Assembly (NCBI GenBank): GCA_030651475.1
Contig: JAUSEW010000021.1
Location: 1,898-65,897, forward strand
Direction of reading: 5' to 3'
Length of the DNA: 64,000 nucleotides
DNA from: Candidatus Levyibacteriota bacterium
GTDB taxonomy: Bacteria > Patescibacteriota > Microgenomatia > Levybacterales > UBA12049
Every line of letters starts with the position of its first letter. Position 1 is the first letter of the stretch. The notes under the pieces were generated by a model. That model searched no databases. It was not told where the DNA came from and worked only from the letters and a program-made list of their open reading frames with translations. Below are positions 38,878 to 48,039 of the stretch, piece by piece. Position numbers and translations under genes: made by a program.

Positions 38878-38934
38878 CAGGGAACTGCATTAAGACCAAC
38901 AACAGCTGAAGAATTCACTTTCGCCAACATTAAT
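38878..38934. repeat. Direct repeat copy 2 (~57 bp; duplicate of the comM 5' end, immediately after the Fic stop codon)
   Basis: cagggaactGCATTAAGACCAACAACAGCTGAAGAATTCACTTTCGCCAACATTAAT. One indel and one mismatch at the 5' edge, then 48/48 identical to copy 1. Confidence 0.9.
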
Positions 38935-39011
38935 CTATGATATCATTTTTTCTCTAATGAAAATATTTTGTAATTTGTAATTCCTGATTTTATTTCTTAT
39001 AATCCTTCTAT

Positions 39012-39479
39012 ATGCAACAAGCGCTACAGGTAAAAATTAGATTTTATAAAAACAGCGATTATGATAAGGTGAAAAAGCTGTATATAGAGGGCGGAATATA
39101 TTACGAAGGTACGGATTCCTACGGAAATATCAAAAGAAAAATTTCAAGAGATCCAAAATCCATTTTCGTGGCAATTGAAGGAAAGGAAATTGCCGGAACA
39201 GTTTCGATAACTGAAGATGGGAGAATGACGCTTATCTCAAGGCTTGCGGTTTCTTGGAAATTTAGAGATAGGGGAATTGGTAAAGCTTTGATGAAGAAAG
39301 CCGAAGAAGAATTGTCTGCCAGAGGATGTGATAAATTCAATATTTTAGTCAGAGAGGAAAATAAAAATTTGCAAAAATATTATGAGAAGCAAAGCTATGA
39401 AAAAGGCAATATCTATAGATGGATGGAAAAAAAAGAAAAAATAGCCTCTAGAATAGAAATTAATGAAGCTGTACGGTAA
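39012..39479 (+). CDS. GNAT-family N-acetyltransferase
   Basis: 155 aa with acetyl-CoA binding motif RDRGIGKALMKKAEEEL (R/Q-x-x-G-x-G/A). Confidence 0.7.
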   Translation: MQQALQVKIRFYKNSDYDKVKKLYIEGGIYYEGTDSYGNIKRKISRDPKSIFVAIEGKEIAGTVSITEDGRMTLISRLAVSWKFRDRGIGKALMKKAEEELSARGCDKFNILVREENKNLQKYYEKQSYEKGNIYRWMEKKEKIASRIEINEAVR

Positions 39480-39732
39480 GCTTATAACCCATTACAGAGG
39501 CTATTCTATCTAGAAACTCTAGCGTATGGTTTGTCATACCGCCTTCAAGCCTTGCGATGGCGGATTGTTTTGTGCCCACTTTTTGCGCAAGCTCTTTTTG
39601 CGTAATCCCTTTCTTGAGACGAGCGGCAATAAGTTGCGAAATTACTGCGTAACGAGGAGCGAGTTTTTCATACTCTCGTCTAGTTGCGCCATCTCTTAAT
39701 AAATCTTTTTTTACTTTTTCCCAATTTCTCAT
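39460..39732 (-). CDS. XRE-family HTH DNA-binding protein (HigA-like antitoxin-type)
   Basis: 90 aa with ...LKKGITQKELAQKVGTKQSAIARLEGG... XRE helix-turn-helix. It overlaps the GNAT 3' end convergently by 20 bp. Confidence 0.7.
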   Translation of the reverse strand: MRNWEKVKKDLLRDGATRREYEKLAPRYAVISQLIAARLKKGITQKELAQKVGTKQSAIARLEGGMTNHTLEFLDRIASVMGYKLTVQLH

Positions 39733-39843
39733 AGTATATTCCTAACATCTGATCAATTTTAATATAACTGCCCATTCCATAATAGTTATTATATCAAAAG
39801 GCAATTTCTAGCCTCAAATTTCGCTTTCTGATATAATTATCTC

Positions 39844-40308
39844 ATGACAACGGAAGAATTTAATAATATTATTTCCTACATAGTTGAAAATTGTGCAGAG
39901 TTGAAAAATAAGTATATTAATGAGAATTTAGAAATTGATTACATATGTATTTTTTCTCATACCCAACAAGAATATAATGAACTTCTTAAACAAGCTGGGA
40001 AAATAGGGAAAATAGCCGATGAAACACCGACAGGCCCTGTTTTTGAATTCAATTCTCCGCCAAAAACAATCATAGGGAACCCTAAGTTACTAAAAATTAG
40101 AAAGCCTGATGAAACTAGGCCTCAAAGAGGAAATGTAGACTTTAATTCGGATTATGAAAACTTCAAAAAGAAGCACCTTGATGGCAGGAGATTTACTTTA
40201 ATAAAAAGAGAGAACTTCGAGATGCTTGAATTGAGAGATGATGCATTTGATGTTCTTGTCTATTTCTCCAGCAGTCCTCTAAGCAAACAGTTGGGAGTAA
40301 CAGAATAA
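39844..40308 (+). CDS. Hypothetical protein (154 aa)
   Basis: ORF divergent from the XRE regulator with a 111-bp shared upstream region. I recognise no motif. Confidence 0.4.
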   Translation: MTTEEFNNIISYIVENCAELKNKYINENLEIDYICIFSHTQQEYNELLKQAGKIGKIADETPTGPVFEFNSPPKTIIGNPKLLKIRKPDETRPQRGNVDFNSDYENFKKKHLDGRRFTLIKRENFEMLELRDDAFDVLVYFSSSPLSKQLGVTE

Positions 40309-40377
40309 ATTCTTGCATTTTTATTTTGCGAATCATCTATTTTTAACCCATCTTTTTCTTTCTGATATACTAAAGAC

Positions 40378-41571
40378 ATGAGTAAATCCCTTATTGTTAA
40401 GAACTCAACGATTTTCAATGGCGTTAATTCCTCTTTATTAAAAAACACAGATATTCTTTTGGAAAAGAACAAAATACAGAAAATAGGAAAGAATATCGTA
40501 TCGGATGGAACAACAAAAGTTATCGATGGATCAAAATTTACAGTTATTCCCGGTCTCATTGATTGTCATACCCATTTTGGTTCTTGGATGCCTCCATTAT
40601 TTTTTCAATTTGGCGTAACAACTATTCGAGATGTTGGCAGCGATCCCGATTGGATTATTGCCTTGCGAGAAAAAGAAAAAAATGGAGACAATTCACTTCC
40701 TCGTATTGTTTGTTATGGTCCGCTTTTGGATGGCGTTCCGGCATTTTGGGGAACTTCCAAAGGTTCAATTGAGTTAGATTCTCTTGCAGCAACGCGAAAA
40801 GTTACAGCTTCTCTTATAAAAAAAGGGGTAGATGGTTTGAAAACATACATGGGTTTATCGAAAGAATTGATGGAAGAAGTTGTAAAAATTGCCCATAAAG
40901 CAAACATTCCTGTAGCATCAGATCTATGGAGTGTTTCAGCTTGGGATGCAGCAGAAATGGGAATTTCTTCTATCGAGCATGCCAACGGCATTCTTTTTCC
41001 CATACCACCCGAAAAATTATCATGGTGTATAAATCTATTGCTAAAGCACAATGTTTATATTGACCCAACTTTTATGGTTAATGAGATAGGCGCATATATT
41101 GAAACTGTTGGCAATGAAAAGTATCCTAATCTTAATTTAGTTCCCGAAAAAGATAAAAGATGGTGGTTAAACTGGAGAACAGAAACTTGGCATAAGGGTA
41201 TAAAGAAATCTCGTTACAAGAAAATGCAGAAAAATGAATTGGATAGAGCAAAATTTGTTGTTGCTTTTCATAAAGCAGGAGGAAAAATAGTTGCAGGATC
41301 TGACACGCCCAATCCATTTATTATTCCGGGTTTTAGTCTTCATCAGGAAATAAAAAAAATGGTAGAAATTGGATTAACACCGATAGAAGCCTTGAGAGCT
41401 GCCACAAGTACTGCGGCGCAACTATTAAGAAGAAAAGATATTGGAGTAATTAAGGAAGGAAACCTTGCCGATCTTGTTTTGATTGAAGGATATCCAACAG
41501 ATGATATCTCTCAATTAAGCAATATAAGCATTGTTATTAAAAATGGTTCGATAGTTTATAAAACCAATTAA
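40378..41571 (+). CDS. Amidohydrolase-family metal-dependent hydrolase
   Basis: VIPGLIDCHTHF (HxH metal-binding motif) and downstream conserved His/Asp positions (GSDTPN). Confidence 0.75.
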   Translation: MSKSLIVKNSTIFNGVNSSLLKNTDILLEKNKIQKIGKNIVSDGTTKVIDGSKFTVIPGLIDCHTHFGSWMPPLFFQFGVTTIRDVGSDPDWIIALREKEKNGDNSLPRIVCYGPLLDGVPAFWGTSKGSIELDSLAATRKVTASLIKKGVDGLKTYMGLSKELMEEVVKIAHKANIPVASDLWSVSAWDAAEMGISSIEHANGILFPIPPEKLSWCINLLLKHNVYIDPTFMVNEIGAYIETVGNEKYPNLNLVPEKDKRWWLNWRTETWHKGIKKSRYKKMQKNELDRAKFVVAFHKAGGKIVAGSDTPNPFIIPGFSLHQEIKKMVEIGLTPIEALRAATSTAAQLLRRKDIGVIKEGNLADLVLIEGYPTDDISQLSNISIVIKNGSIVYKTN

Positions 41572-41583
41572 TATAATCATTTT

Positions 41584-42141
41584 GTGAAAAGAAAAGTAGT
41601 TTGGGAAGGATTATCAAAAAAAGGCAATAAAATTGTTATTTGCTATCCAGCAAAAGATGATGCGCAGATATTTTGTGATTATATTAATGCGCTTTCAAAA
41701 GAAAAAACTTTTGTCCGTTTTCAGGGGGAAGAAGTAGGTCTTGAAAATGAAACAAAATACCTTAACAGCCAACTTGAAAGGGTAGCTAAAAAACAATCAG
41801 TTGAGCTTCTGGTTTTCTGCAATAACAAGCTTATTGGTATTTCCGGAATTGACATGAAGGATAAAACCGAAAGTCATGAAGGCGTATTTGGCATATCTAT
41901 TGCTAAAGAATATAGAGGAGAAGGAATAGGTAGAAAATTTATGCAAATGGTTTTAGAGGAAGCAGAGAAAAATATGCCGCAACTTCGTATCGTTACTCTC
42001 GGGATTTTTAGCAATAACACGCTGGCTAAAAGGATGTATGAAAGATTTGGATTTAGGGAATATGGAAGACTGCCTTTAGGCAGTCTTCATAACGGGAGAT
42101 ATGTAGACCATATTTATATGTATAAGAATGTTAGAGGATAA
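41584..42141 (+). CDS. GNAT-family N-acetyltransferase
   Basis: GTG start. IAKEYRGEGIGRKFMQMVLEEA is an acetyl-CoA binding motif. Confidence 0.7.
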   Translation: MKRKVVWEGLSKKGNKIVICYPAKDDAQIFCDYINALSKEKTFVRFQGEEVGLENETKYLNSQLERVAKKQSVELLVFCNNKLIGISGIDMKDKTESHEGVFGISIAKEYRGEGIGRKFMQMVLEEAEKNMPQLRIVTLGIFSNNTLAKRMYERFGFREYGRLPLGSLHNGRYVDHIYMYKNVRG

Positions 42142-42167
42142 TTTGTAGTTTTTTATCATAATTTGGA

Positions 42168-44156
42168 TTATGGGGTTGGGGAGGAGATTACGCTAGGAGG
42201 AACATAAATGCAGTTGACGGAATTTTCTGTGCCTTTAAGAAAATATTCAATTCTGCCAATGCAGGGTTTTGCGATAACATCATAAGGCATTGCAAATTTT
42301 TCATCTTTAGAATTTATTAAAAGACTTATCATAATTCTATTCCAAATCGGAGCAGCTCCTGTAATTCCGGAAGCTAAAGTTGGGCTCATCGGACTATTAT
42401 CATTATTCCCAACCCAAACCGCCACAACATAATTTGGCGTATAGCCAATAGTCCAGTTATCTCTTTTGTCATCAGAAGTTCCTGTTTTAACCGAAACCGT
42501 GTGATTGGGTATCAAAAGCGGAGAATTTATGCCAAATTCTTCTGACCTGGCAGTATTATCAGCCAAAATATCAGAAATAATAAAAGCAATTCCGGGATCT
42601 ACAACTTGCGTTTCCTTAAGTTTACTTTTTTCTTCAAGAATATTTCCCATAGGATCTGTAATCTTCAAAATAGGATTAATATCAACTCTTTTTCCTTCAT
42701 TTGCCAAAACTCCATAAACACTAACCATATCAATCATTTTTATATCTGCTCCGCCAAGAGTAATTGAAAGACCGTAATTACCTGGATCATTCCAGGTAGT
42801 AATACCCATTTTTTTACCAAGATCAATCATTGCTGGAATTCCTATTTTATTAAGAGTTTTTACAGCGGGAATATTAAAAGAATTTGCAAAAGCTTTTCTT
42901 AAAGATACGGAACCGTGAAATCTGCCGTCATAGTTAACAGGCGTATAACTTTCCGATCCTGGACTATTAAAAGTTATAGGTGAATCATTTAGGAAAGTTG
43001 CTGGAGTAAACCCATTAGCTAATGCCGCAGCATAAGTCACAACTTTTATAGACGATCCGGGCTGTCTTAAGGCTAAAGTTGTATTTACATTTCCCCCATT
43101 TTGATCTGCATAATCCCAGCCCCCAACCATTGCCAGAATATCTCCGTTTTTAGGATTAGTGATAAGAGCGGCTCCATTGGTAAGATTAAGATAACTGTTG
43201 TTTCGCACTTCTTCTTTAACTATATCTTGTGTTTGTTCCTGCAATTGCAGATCAAGACTTGTTTTTACATTTAATCCTCCTTTTTCAACCGCTGCCAAAC
43301 CATACCTTTTTACCAACAAATCCTTAATATACATCACGAAATGGGGCGCATAAAGCGGTATTTGCGGAGGGTTGAAATTCAGCTCTTCTTTTTCGGCATC
43401 CTCTTTGCCGGCTTTACTGATAAAACCCAAAGTTACCATTTGAGCTAAAACCTCTTTTTGTCTCTGCTTCCAAAGATTTGGAGTTTCTCCATAGGGAGAA
43501 TAGACTGACGGAGCTTGCGGTAAACCTGCCAAAAAAGCACTCTCTGCCAAATCCAAATCCGATGCCTTTTTGCCGAAATAAACTTGAGAGGCAGCCTCAA
43601 CTCCCCAAGAAGTTCCTCCGTATGGAACTTGATTAAGATACATCTCCAAAACCTCACCCTTTTTGTATATACTATTAGCCCAGACAGATAAGATAATCTC
43701 TTTAATTTTTCTCTGTACTGTCGGTTCTGGAGTTAAAAGGGTTGATTTTATAAGCTGTTGGGTAATTGTTGATCCTCCCTGAAAAGATTTACCTGATAAA
43801 TCTGCGACTGCCGCTCTTACAATTGCCACTAAATCAAATCCGGAGTTAGAATAGAAATTTTTGTCTTCTATAGCGATAGTTGCGTTTCTTAGGGATTGAG
43901 GGATGGATGAAAGAGGAATAGCAGTTCTATTTTCCGTTGCATATATTTGATAAAGAAGCTTGTTGTTCCGGTCGTATATTTTTGTTGCCTGCGGATATTG
44001 TCCGAAGCGAAGCAAATTTGGATTGGGAAGTTCCGAAAGGAAAATGACAAATAATAGCGGCAAGAAAACAAAAACCAAAGAAAAAACAACTCCTAGAGAA
44101 AAATATTTAAACTTTAAAGAAAAGGGAGGAGGAAAAATTTTTATAGCTTTTTTCAT
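42168..44156 (-). CDS. Class A penicillin-binding protein (PBP1A-type, transglycosylase + transpeptidase)
   Basis: N-terminal TM, glycosyltransferase motifs (EDKNFY, GGSTITQQL, RKIKE) and transpeptidase motifs (SSIK, SVKTG...KTGT-like). Confidence 0.85.
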   Translation of the reverse strand: MKKAIKIFPPPFSLKFKYFSLGVVFSLVFVFLPLLFVIFLSELPNPNLLRFGQYPQATKIYDRNNKLLYQIYATENRTAIPLSSIPQSLRNATIAIEDKNFYSNSGFDLVAIVRAAVADLSGKSFQGGSTITQQLIKSTLLTPEPTVQRKIKEIILSVWANSIYKKGEVLEMYLNQVPYGGTSWGVEAASQVYFGKKASDLDLAESAFLAGLPQAPSVYSPYGETPNLWKQRQKEVLAQMVTLGFISKAGKEDAEKEELNFNPPQIPLYAPHFVMYIKDLLVKRYGLAAVEKGGLNVKTSLDLQLQEQTQDIVKEEVRNNSYLNLTNGAALITNPKNGDILAMVGGWDYADQNGGNVNTTLALRQPGSSIKVVTYAAALANGFTPATFLNDSPITFNSPGSESYTPVNYDGRFHGSVSLRKAFANSFNIPAVKTLNKIGIPAMIDLGKKMGITTWNDPGNYGLSITLGGADIKMIDMVSVYGVLANEGKRVDINPILKITDPMGNILEEKSKLKETQVVDPGIAFIISDILADNTARSEEFGINSPLLIPNHTVSVKTGTSDDKRDNWTIGYTPNYVVAVWVGNNDNSPMSPTLASGITGAAPIWNRIMISLLINSKDEKFAMPYDVIAKPCIGRIEYFLKGTENSVNCIYVPPSVISSPTP

Positions 44157-44210
44157 AGTACTCTTTGTGGGGATTATACTCTGGGAGCCTTATTTTTGGA
44201 ATAGGGAACT

Positions 44211-46379
44211 TTAGGGAGCAGGCGTTTCTATGGGATGAGGACAGGTTAGGCAGTAACTGTCGCCCATTGGATCAGTAACGATTATTTCTCCTCTTTGCTC
44301 GACATTATCTGTTTGTCCTTTGGCTGCCAGATCATTTGTTGTTTTGTCGATTGAAACCAATTGTGTCCCGGGATCAATCCGATTTGGCTCGGTTCCTGTT
44401 ATGAAATATTCAAGTCTTGTTGGGCACCTGTTCGGAGTGCCTTGCGGGGGAGGAATAAGGCCTGAAGTTGAGCAAATTTGCTTTTGGATAATATTTGGAG
44501 GCCGTTGTAAAGAATGGGGGGGCTTATCATCGATAAGATGAGCCATAATGTTATGCCAAATTGGAGCAGCTCCTGTAATTCCGGAAACAAGACCGCTCAT
44601 TTGGGAATTATCATTATTTCCCACCCAAACTGCCACTACATAAGAAGGTGTATATCCGATAGTCCAATTGTCTCTGAAATCATTAGTTGTACCTGTTTTG
44701 ACAGCAACAGGAAAATCTTTTATTCGAAGCGGAGAATTTTCCCCAAACGCCATAATTCTTGCGCCATTATCGGATAATATATTGGTAATAATATATGCGA
44801 CTCCTTCTGGTAAAACTTTTTTTCCAAAAATAGGAGAGGGTAAAAGCTTAAAAGATTTTATTTCTTTTCCATTCTTATCTATGACTTTAAGGATTGGATT
44901 TAAATTAACTCTGTATCCGCCATTTGCAAAAACTCCATAAGCAGTTGCCATATCAAGCATGGTGACTTCTCCGGACCCAAGAGCCAAAGACAAACCATAG
45001 TCACTGGTATTATTAAAAGTTGTTATTCCCATAGCTTCGGCAGTTGTTATCATTGCTGAAACCCCGTTAACTTTTAGCATTTTAACAGCAGGTATATTGA
45101 CGGAGTTTGCCAGAGCAAAGCGCATTTGCACAATCCCATGCCATTTTTCGTCATAATTTATAGGGCAATATGGAGGTTTGCCTCCCGGATTCGGAAAACA
45201 GATTTTTTGATCTGCGAATGGTGTTGCCGCGGTATATCCATTCATCAGTCCCAAAGCATAATTAATAGGTTTTATTGAAGAACCTGGCTGTCTAAGAGCC
45301 AGAGTAACATTTACGTTTCCATCATTTTTTTCATCAAAATAATCCCAACTTCCGACCATTGCCAAAATTTCTCCGGTTCCCGGATTTGTGACAAGGGAAG
45401 CTCCATTGGAAACATTGTAGGATTTAAGTTTGGCCACTTCCGTAGCAACTGCATCTTGAGTAAATTGCTGAATCGAATAATCAAGACTTGTTATTACTTT
45501 TAATCCTCCCTGTTCTACTATTTCAGTTCCGTAGAGTTTGGATAAAAGGTCTTTTACGTAGAAGACAAAATGCGGAGCTTTTATTCCAGTTAATGCATTT
45601 TGGTATTTTAAAGGTTCGCTTAAGGCTTTATCGGCTTCATTTTTCTTGATGTAATTTTGGTCAAGCATTGCTTTTATGACAAAAGACTGCCGTTTTTTCG
45701 CAAGTTCCGGATGCGATCCAAACGGAGAAAGAGTGGTTGGCGATTCAGGCAAACCTGCAAGCAGTGCGCTTTCCGCCAAATCCAAATCCTTGGCGTGTTT
45801 GCCAAAATACGTTTGAGCAGCAGCTTCTATGCCATAAGCTGTTCCCCCATATGGGATTTGATTAAGATACATTTCCAAGATTCTACTTTTTGGATATAAA
45901 AGTTCTGTTGCGAAAGAAAGCATACCTTCCTTAACTTTTCTGGTAATAGTTCTTTCCGGAGTAAGCAGGCTGTTTTTAACTAATTGCTGCGTAATTGTTG
46001 ATCCGCCTTGCAGTTCGCGGTGAAAAATAATTGAAACAAGAGAACGCGCAATGCCTCTTAAATCTATTGGGCCATGGATGTAGAAATCTTTATCTTCAAT
46101 TGCAATCGTTGCCTCCTGAACAGTTTTGGGAATAGAAGACAAAGGGATAAATGTTTGATTTTTCTGCGTGTATATGGTGTAGAGAAGTACGCCGTTTCTA
46201 TCGAGTATTTGAGTTGATTGGGGAAGACTGCTGCTTGTTAATTTCGTAGGAGAAGGAAGATCCTTAAGTATATATAAAAAACCGGTCAAAAGAATTAAAA
46301 TTAAACCGATAATACTAAACAATTTCCAGCGTTTTATCTTTTTTATTCTCTTGCGGATAGTTTTTAGGAAATGATGCAC
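44211..46379 (-). CDS. Class A penicillin-binding protein (second PBP1A-type paralog)
   Basis: Same motif set (EDKDFY, GGSTITQQL, SSIKP, KTGTT). Tandem to the previous gene, sharing an identical EYF-x-xGTE stretch near the C-terminus. Confidence 0.85.
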   Translation of the reverse strand: MHHFLKTIRKRIKKIKRWKLFSIIGLILILLTGFLYILKDLPSPTKLTSSSLPQSTQILDRNGVLLYTIYTQKNQTFIPLSSIPKTVQEATIAIEDKDFYIHGPIDLRGIARSLVSIIFHRELQGGSTITQQLVKNSLLTPERTITRKVKEGMLSFATELLYPKSRILEMYLNQIPYGGTAYGIEAAAQTYFGKHAKDLDLAESALLAGLPESPTTLSPFGSHPELAKKRQSFVIKAMLDQNYIKKNEADKALSEPLKYQNALTGIKAPHFVFYVKDLLSKLYGTEIVEQGGLKVITSLDYSIQQFTQDAVATEVAKLKSYNVSNGASLVTNPGTGEILAMVGSWDYFDEKNDGNVNVTLALRQPGSSIKPINYALGLMNGYTAATPFADQKICFPNPGGKPPYCPINYDEKWHGIVQMRFALANSVNIPAVKMLKVNGVSAMITTAEAMGITTFNNTSDYGLSLALGSGEVTMLDMATAYGVFANGGYRVNLNPILKVIDKNGKEIKSFKLLPSPIFGKKVLPEGVAYIITNILSDNGARIMAFGENSPLRIKDFPVAVKTGTTNDFRDNWTIGYTPSYVVAVWVGNNDNSQMSGLVSGITGAAPIWHNIMAHLIDDKPPHSLQRPPNIIQKQICSTSGLIPPPQGTPNRCPTRLEYFITGTEPNRIDPGTQLVSIDKTTNDLAAKGQTDNVEQRGEIIVTDPMGDSYCLTCPHPIETPAP

Positions 46380-46409
46380 AGGCTTTATGATATCATTTAA
46401 ATATTACTT

Positions 46410-47408
46410 ATGGCAAACTTAAATTTTCTGACCGGATTTAATTGGGTAGACGGAATAATTCTTGTTGTAGTTCTAGTTTATATTATTCAAGGATTATCTT
46501 TGGGTTTTCTGCAATCAATAATAGATTTTTCTGGCTTTGTTTTTTCATTCATTGCCGGACTTAAGTTCTATGGATTAATTTCTGCTCTTTTAACCAAATT
46601 TATTGCCATGCCTTCGGGTTTTAGCAAGGCTTTAGGTTTTTTAATCGCAGCCATCATTAGTGAAATAATTATAAGTTTTATTTTAAAAACAATAATTAAT
46701 GTAGCGTTTAGTAATCCTTCCAAAGTGCCGGAATTTATAAAGAAAACAAACAGCGTTTTGGGAATAATTCCCTCAGTTGCATCGGTACTTGTGCTTTTGT
46801 CTTTTATTCTCTCCTTGATCATATCTTTTCCCTTCTCGCCATTTCTTAAAAATTCCGTTTCCTCTTCAAAAATAGGCAGTGTTCTTGTGCAAAAAACCCA
46901 AGGATTTGAAAGCGATATTCAAAAGGTTTTTGGCGGCGCATTGAACGAGACGCTGAATTTCTTAACTGTTGAACCGCAAGATAATTCAATTGTTAAGCTT
47001 CAATTCCAAACAAATAATTTGAAAACAGACGAAGTTTCGGAGCGCAAAATGATTGCAATGGTAAATCAAGAAAGAGTTTCAAGAGGGCTGCCTTCTTTGG
47101 ATTTGGATACAAATCTTAGAGATGCTGGACGAAATCATTGTACGGATATGTTCCAACGAGGATATTTTTCTCACTATACGCCTGAAGGATTATCTCCGTT
47201 TGACAGAATGGCGAAATTTGACATCTCTTTTACTTATGCAGGAGAAAATTTAGCTTTTTCCCCAAGCGTAGAGCTGGCAATGCAGGGACTGATGCAAAGC
47301 CCCGGACACAAAGCTAATATTCTTTCTCCGAATTTTGGTAAGATTGGAATTGGAGTAATCGACGGCGGAATTTACGGCGAAATGTTCTGTCAGGAGTTTA
47401 CGGATTAA
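46410..47408 (+). CDS. CvpA-like membrane domain fused to a CAP/SCP (YkwD-like) domain
   Basis: The N-terminal four TM helices begin MANLNFLTGFNWVDGIILVV (CvpA-like). The C-terminal ...HCTDMFQRGYFSHYTPEG...GENLAF...GHKANIL carries CAP-domain signatures. Confidence 0.6.
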   Translation: MANLNFLTGFNWVDGIILVVVLVYIIQGLSLGFLQSIIDFSGFVFSFIAGLKFYGLISALLTKFIAMPSGFSKALGFLIAAIISEIIISFILKTIINVAFSNPSKVPEFIKKTNSVLGIIPSVASVLVLLSFILSLIISFPFSPFLKNSVSSSKIGSVLVQKTQGFESDIQKVFGGALNETLNFLTVEPQDNSIVKLQFQTNNLKTDEVSERKMIAMVNQERVSRGLPSLDLDTNLRDAGRNHCTDMFQRGYFSHYTPEGLSPFDRMAKFDISFTYAGENLAFSPSVELAMQGLMQSPGHKANILSPNFGKIGIGVIDGGIYGEMFCQEFTD

Positions 47409-47989
47409 ATCTGCTTATAATCAATTTTCGTAATTAGGGAGTTTTGTTTTTGCAATTTTGAGTTTCTAATTTTTTCTCTATAATGTTTGCCCACAGTAAT
47501 TTTTTTGTAATCCGTGACTTTCTCCATAAATTCAATCCCCATTAGGTGATCATATTCATGCTGAATAACTCTGGCTAAAATTCCATCACATCTTAATTTG
47601 AATTTAATTCCGTTTTCATCAATTGCCTCTACTTCAATTTCTTTGGGCCTAGATACCGGGCCAAATAAATCTCCGTTAACAACACTTCCGCATCCTTCAT
47701 AAATTAGGTTTTTTTGCCGCGATTTATACGTTATTTTTGGATTGATATAAACTCTTAATTTATCTGTTTTGCCCAGTTTTCTTGCTTTTGTATTTCTTGG
47801 GTAAGTTACGAAAATCAGATAGTTTTCGGCTATTTGAGGCGCTGCTATGCCAATTAAACCTGTTTTGTGCATCGTGTCTATTAAGTCTTTACGCAATTTT
47901 TTAAATTTAGGAGAATTTACATTTTCAATTTCTTTATTTTGCTTTTTTAATTTAAGATGACCTGCTTGAATAACTATTTTTACTGCCAT
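47405..47989 (-). CDS. def: Peptide deformylase
   Basis: Motifs GIGIAAPQI, EGCGSV and HEYDHLMG. The track ORF extends to 48067. The internal start MAVKIV (47989) gives a typical ~195-aa PDF. Confidence 0.8.
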   Translation of the reverse strand: MAVKIVIQAGHLKLKKQNKEIENVNSPKFKKLRKDLIDTMHKTGLIGIAAPQIAENYLIFVTYPRNTKARKLGKTDKLRVYINPKITYKSRQKNLIYEGCGSVVNGDLFGPVSRPKEIEVEAIDENGIKFKLRCDGILARVIQHEYDHLMGIEFMEKVTDYKKITVGKHYREKIRNSKLQKQNSLITKIDYKQI

Positions 47990-48039
47990 AGCGAGGGGAA
48001 TTATATCATAAGGATACGCATTTTGTGTATAATAAAAAT

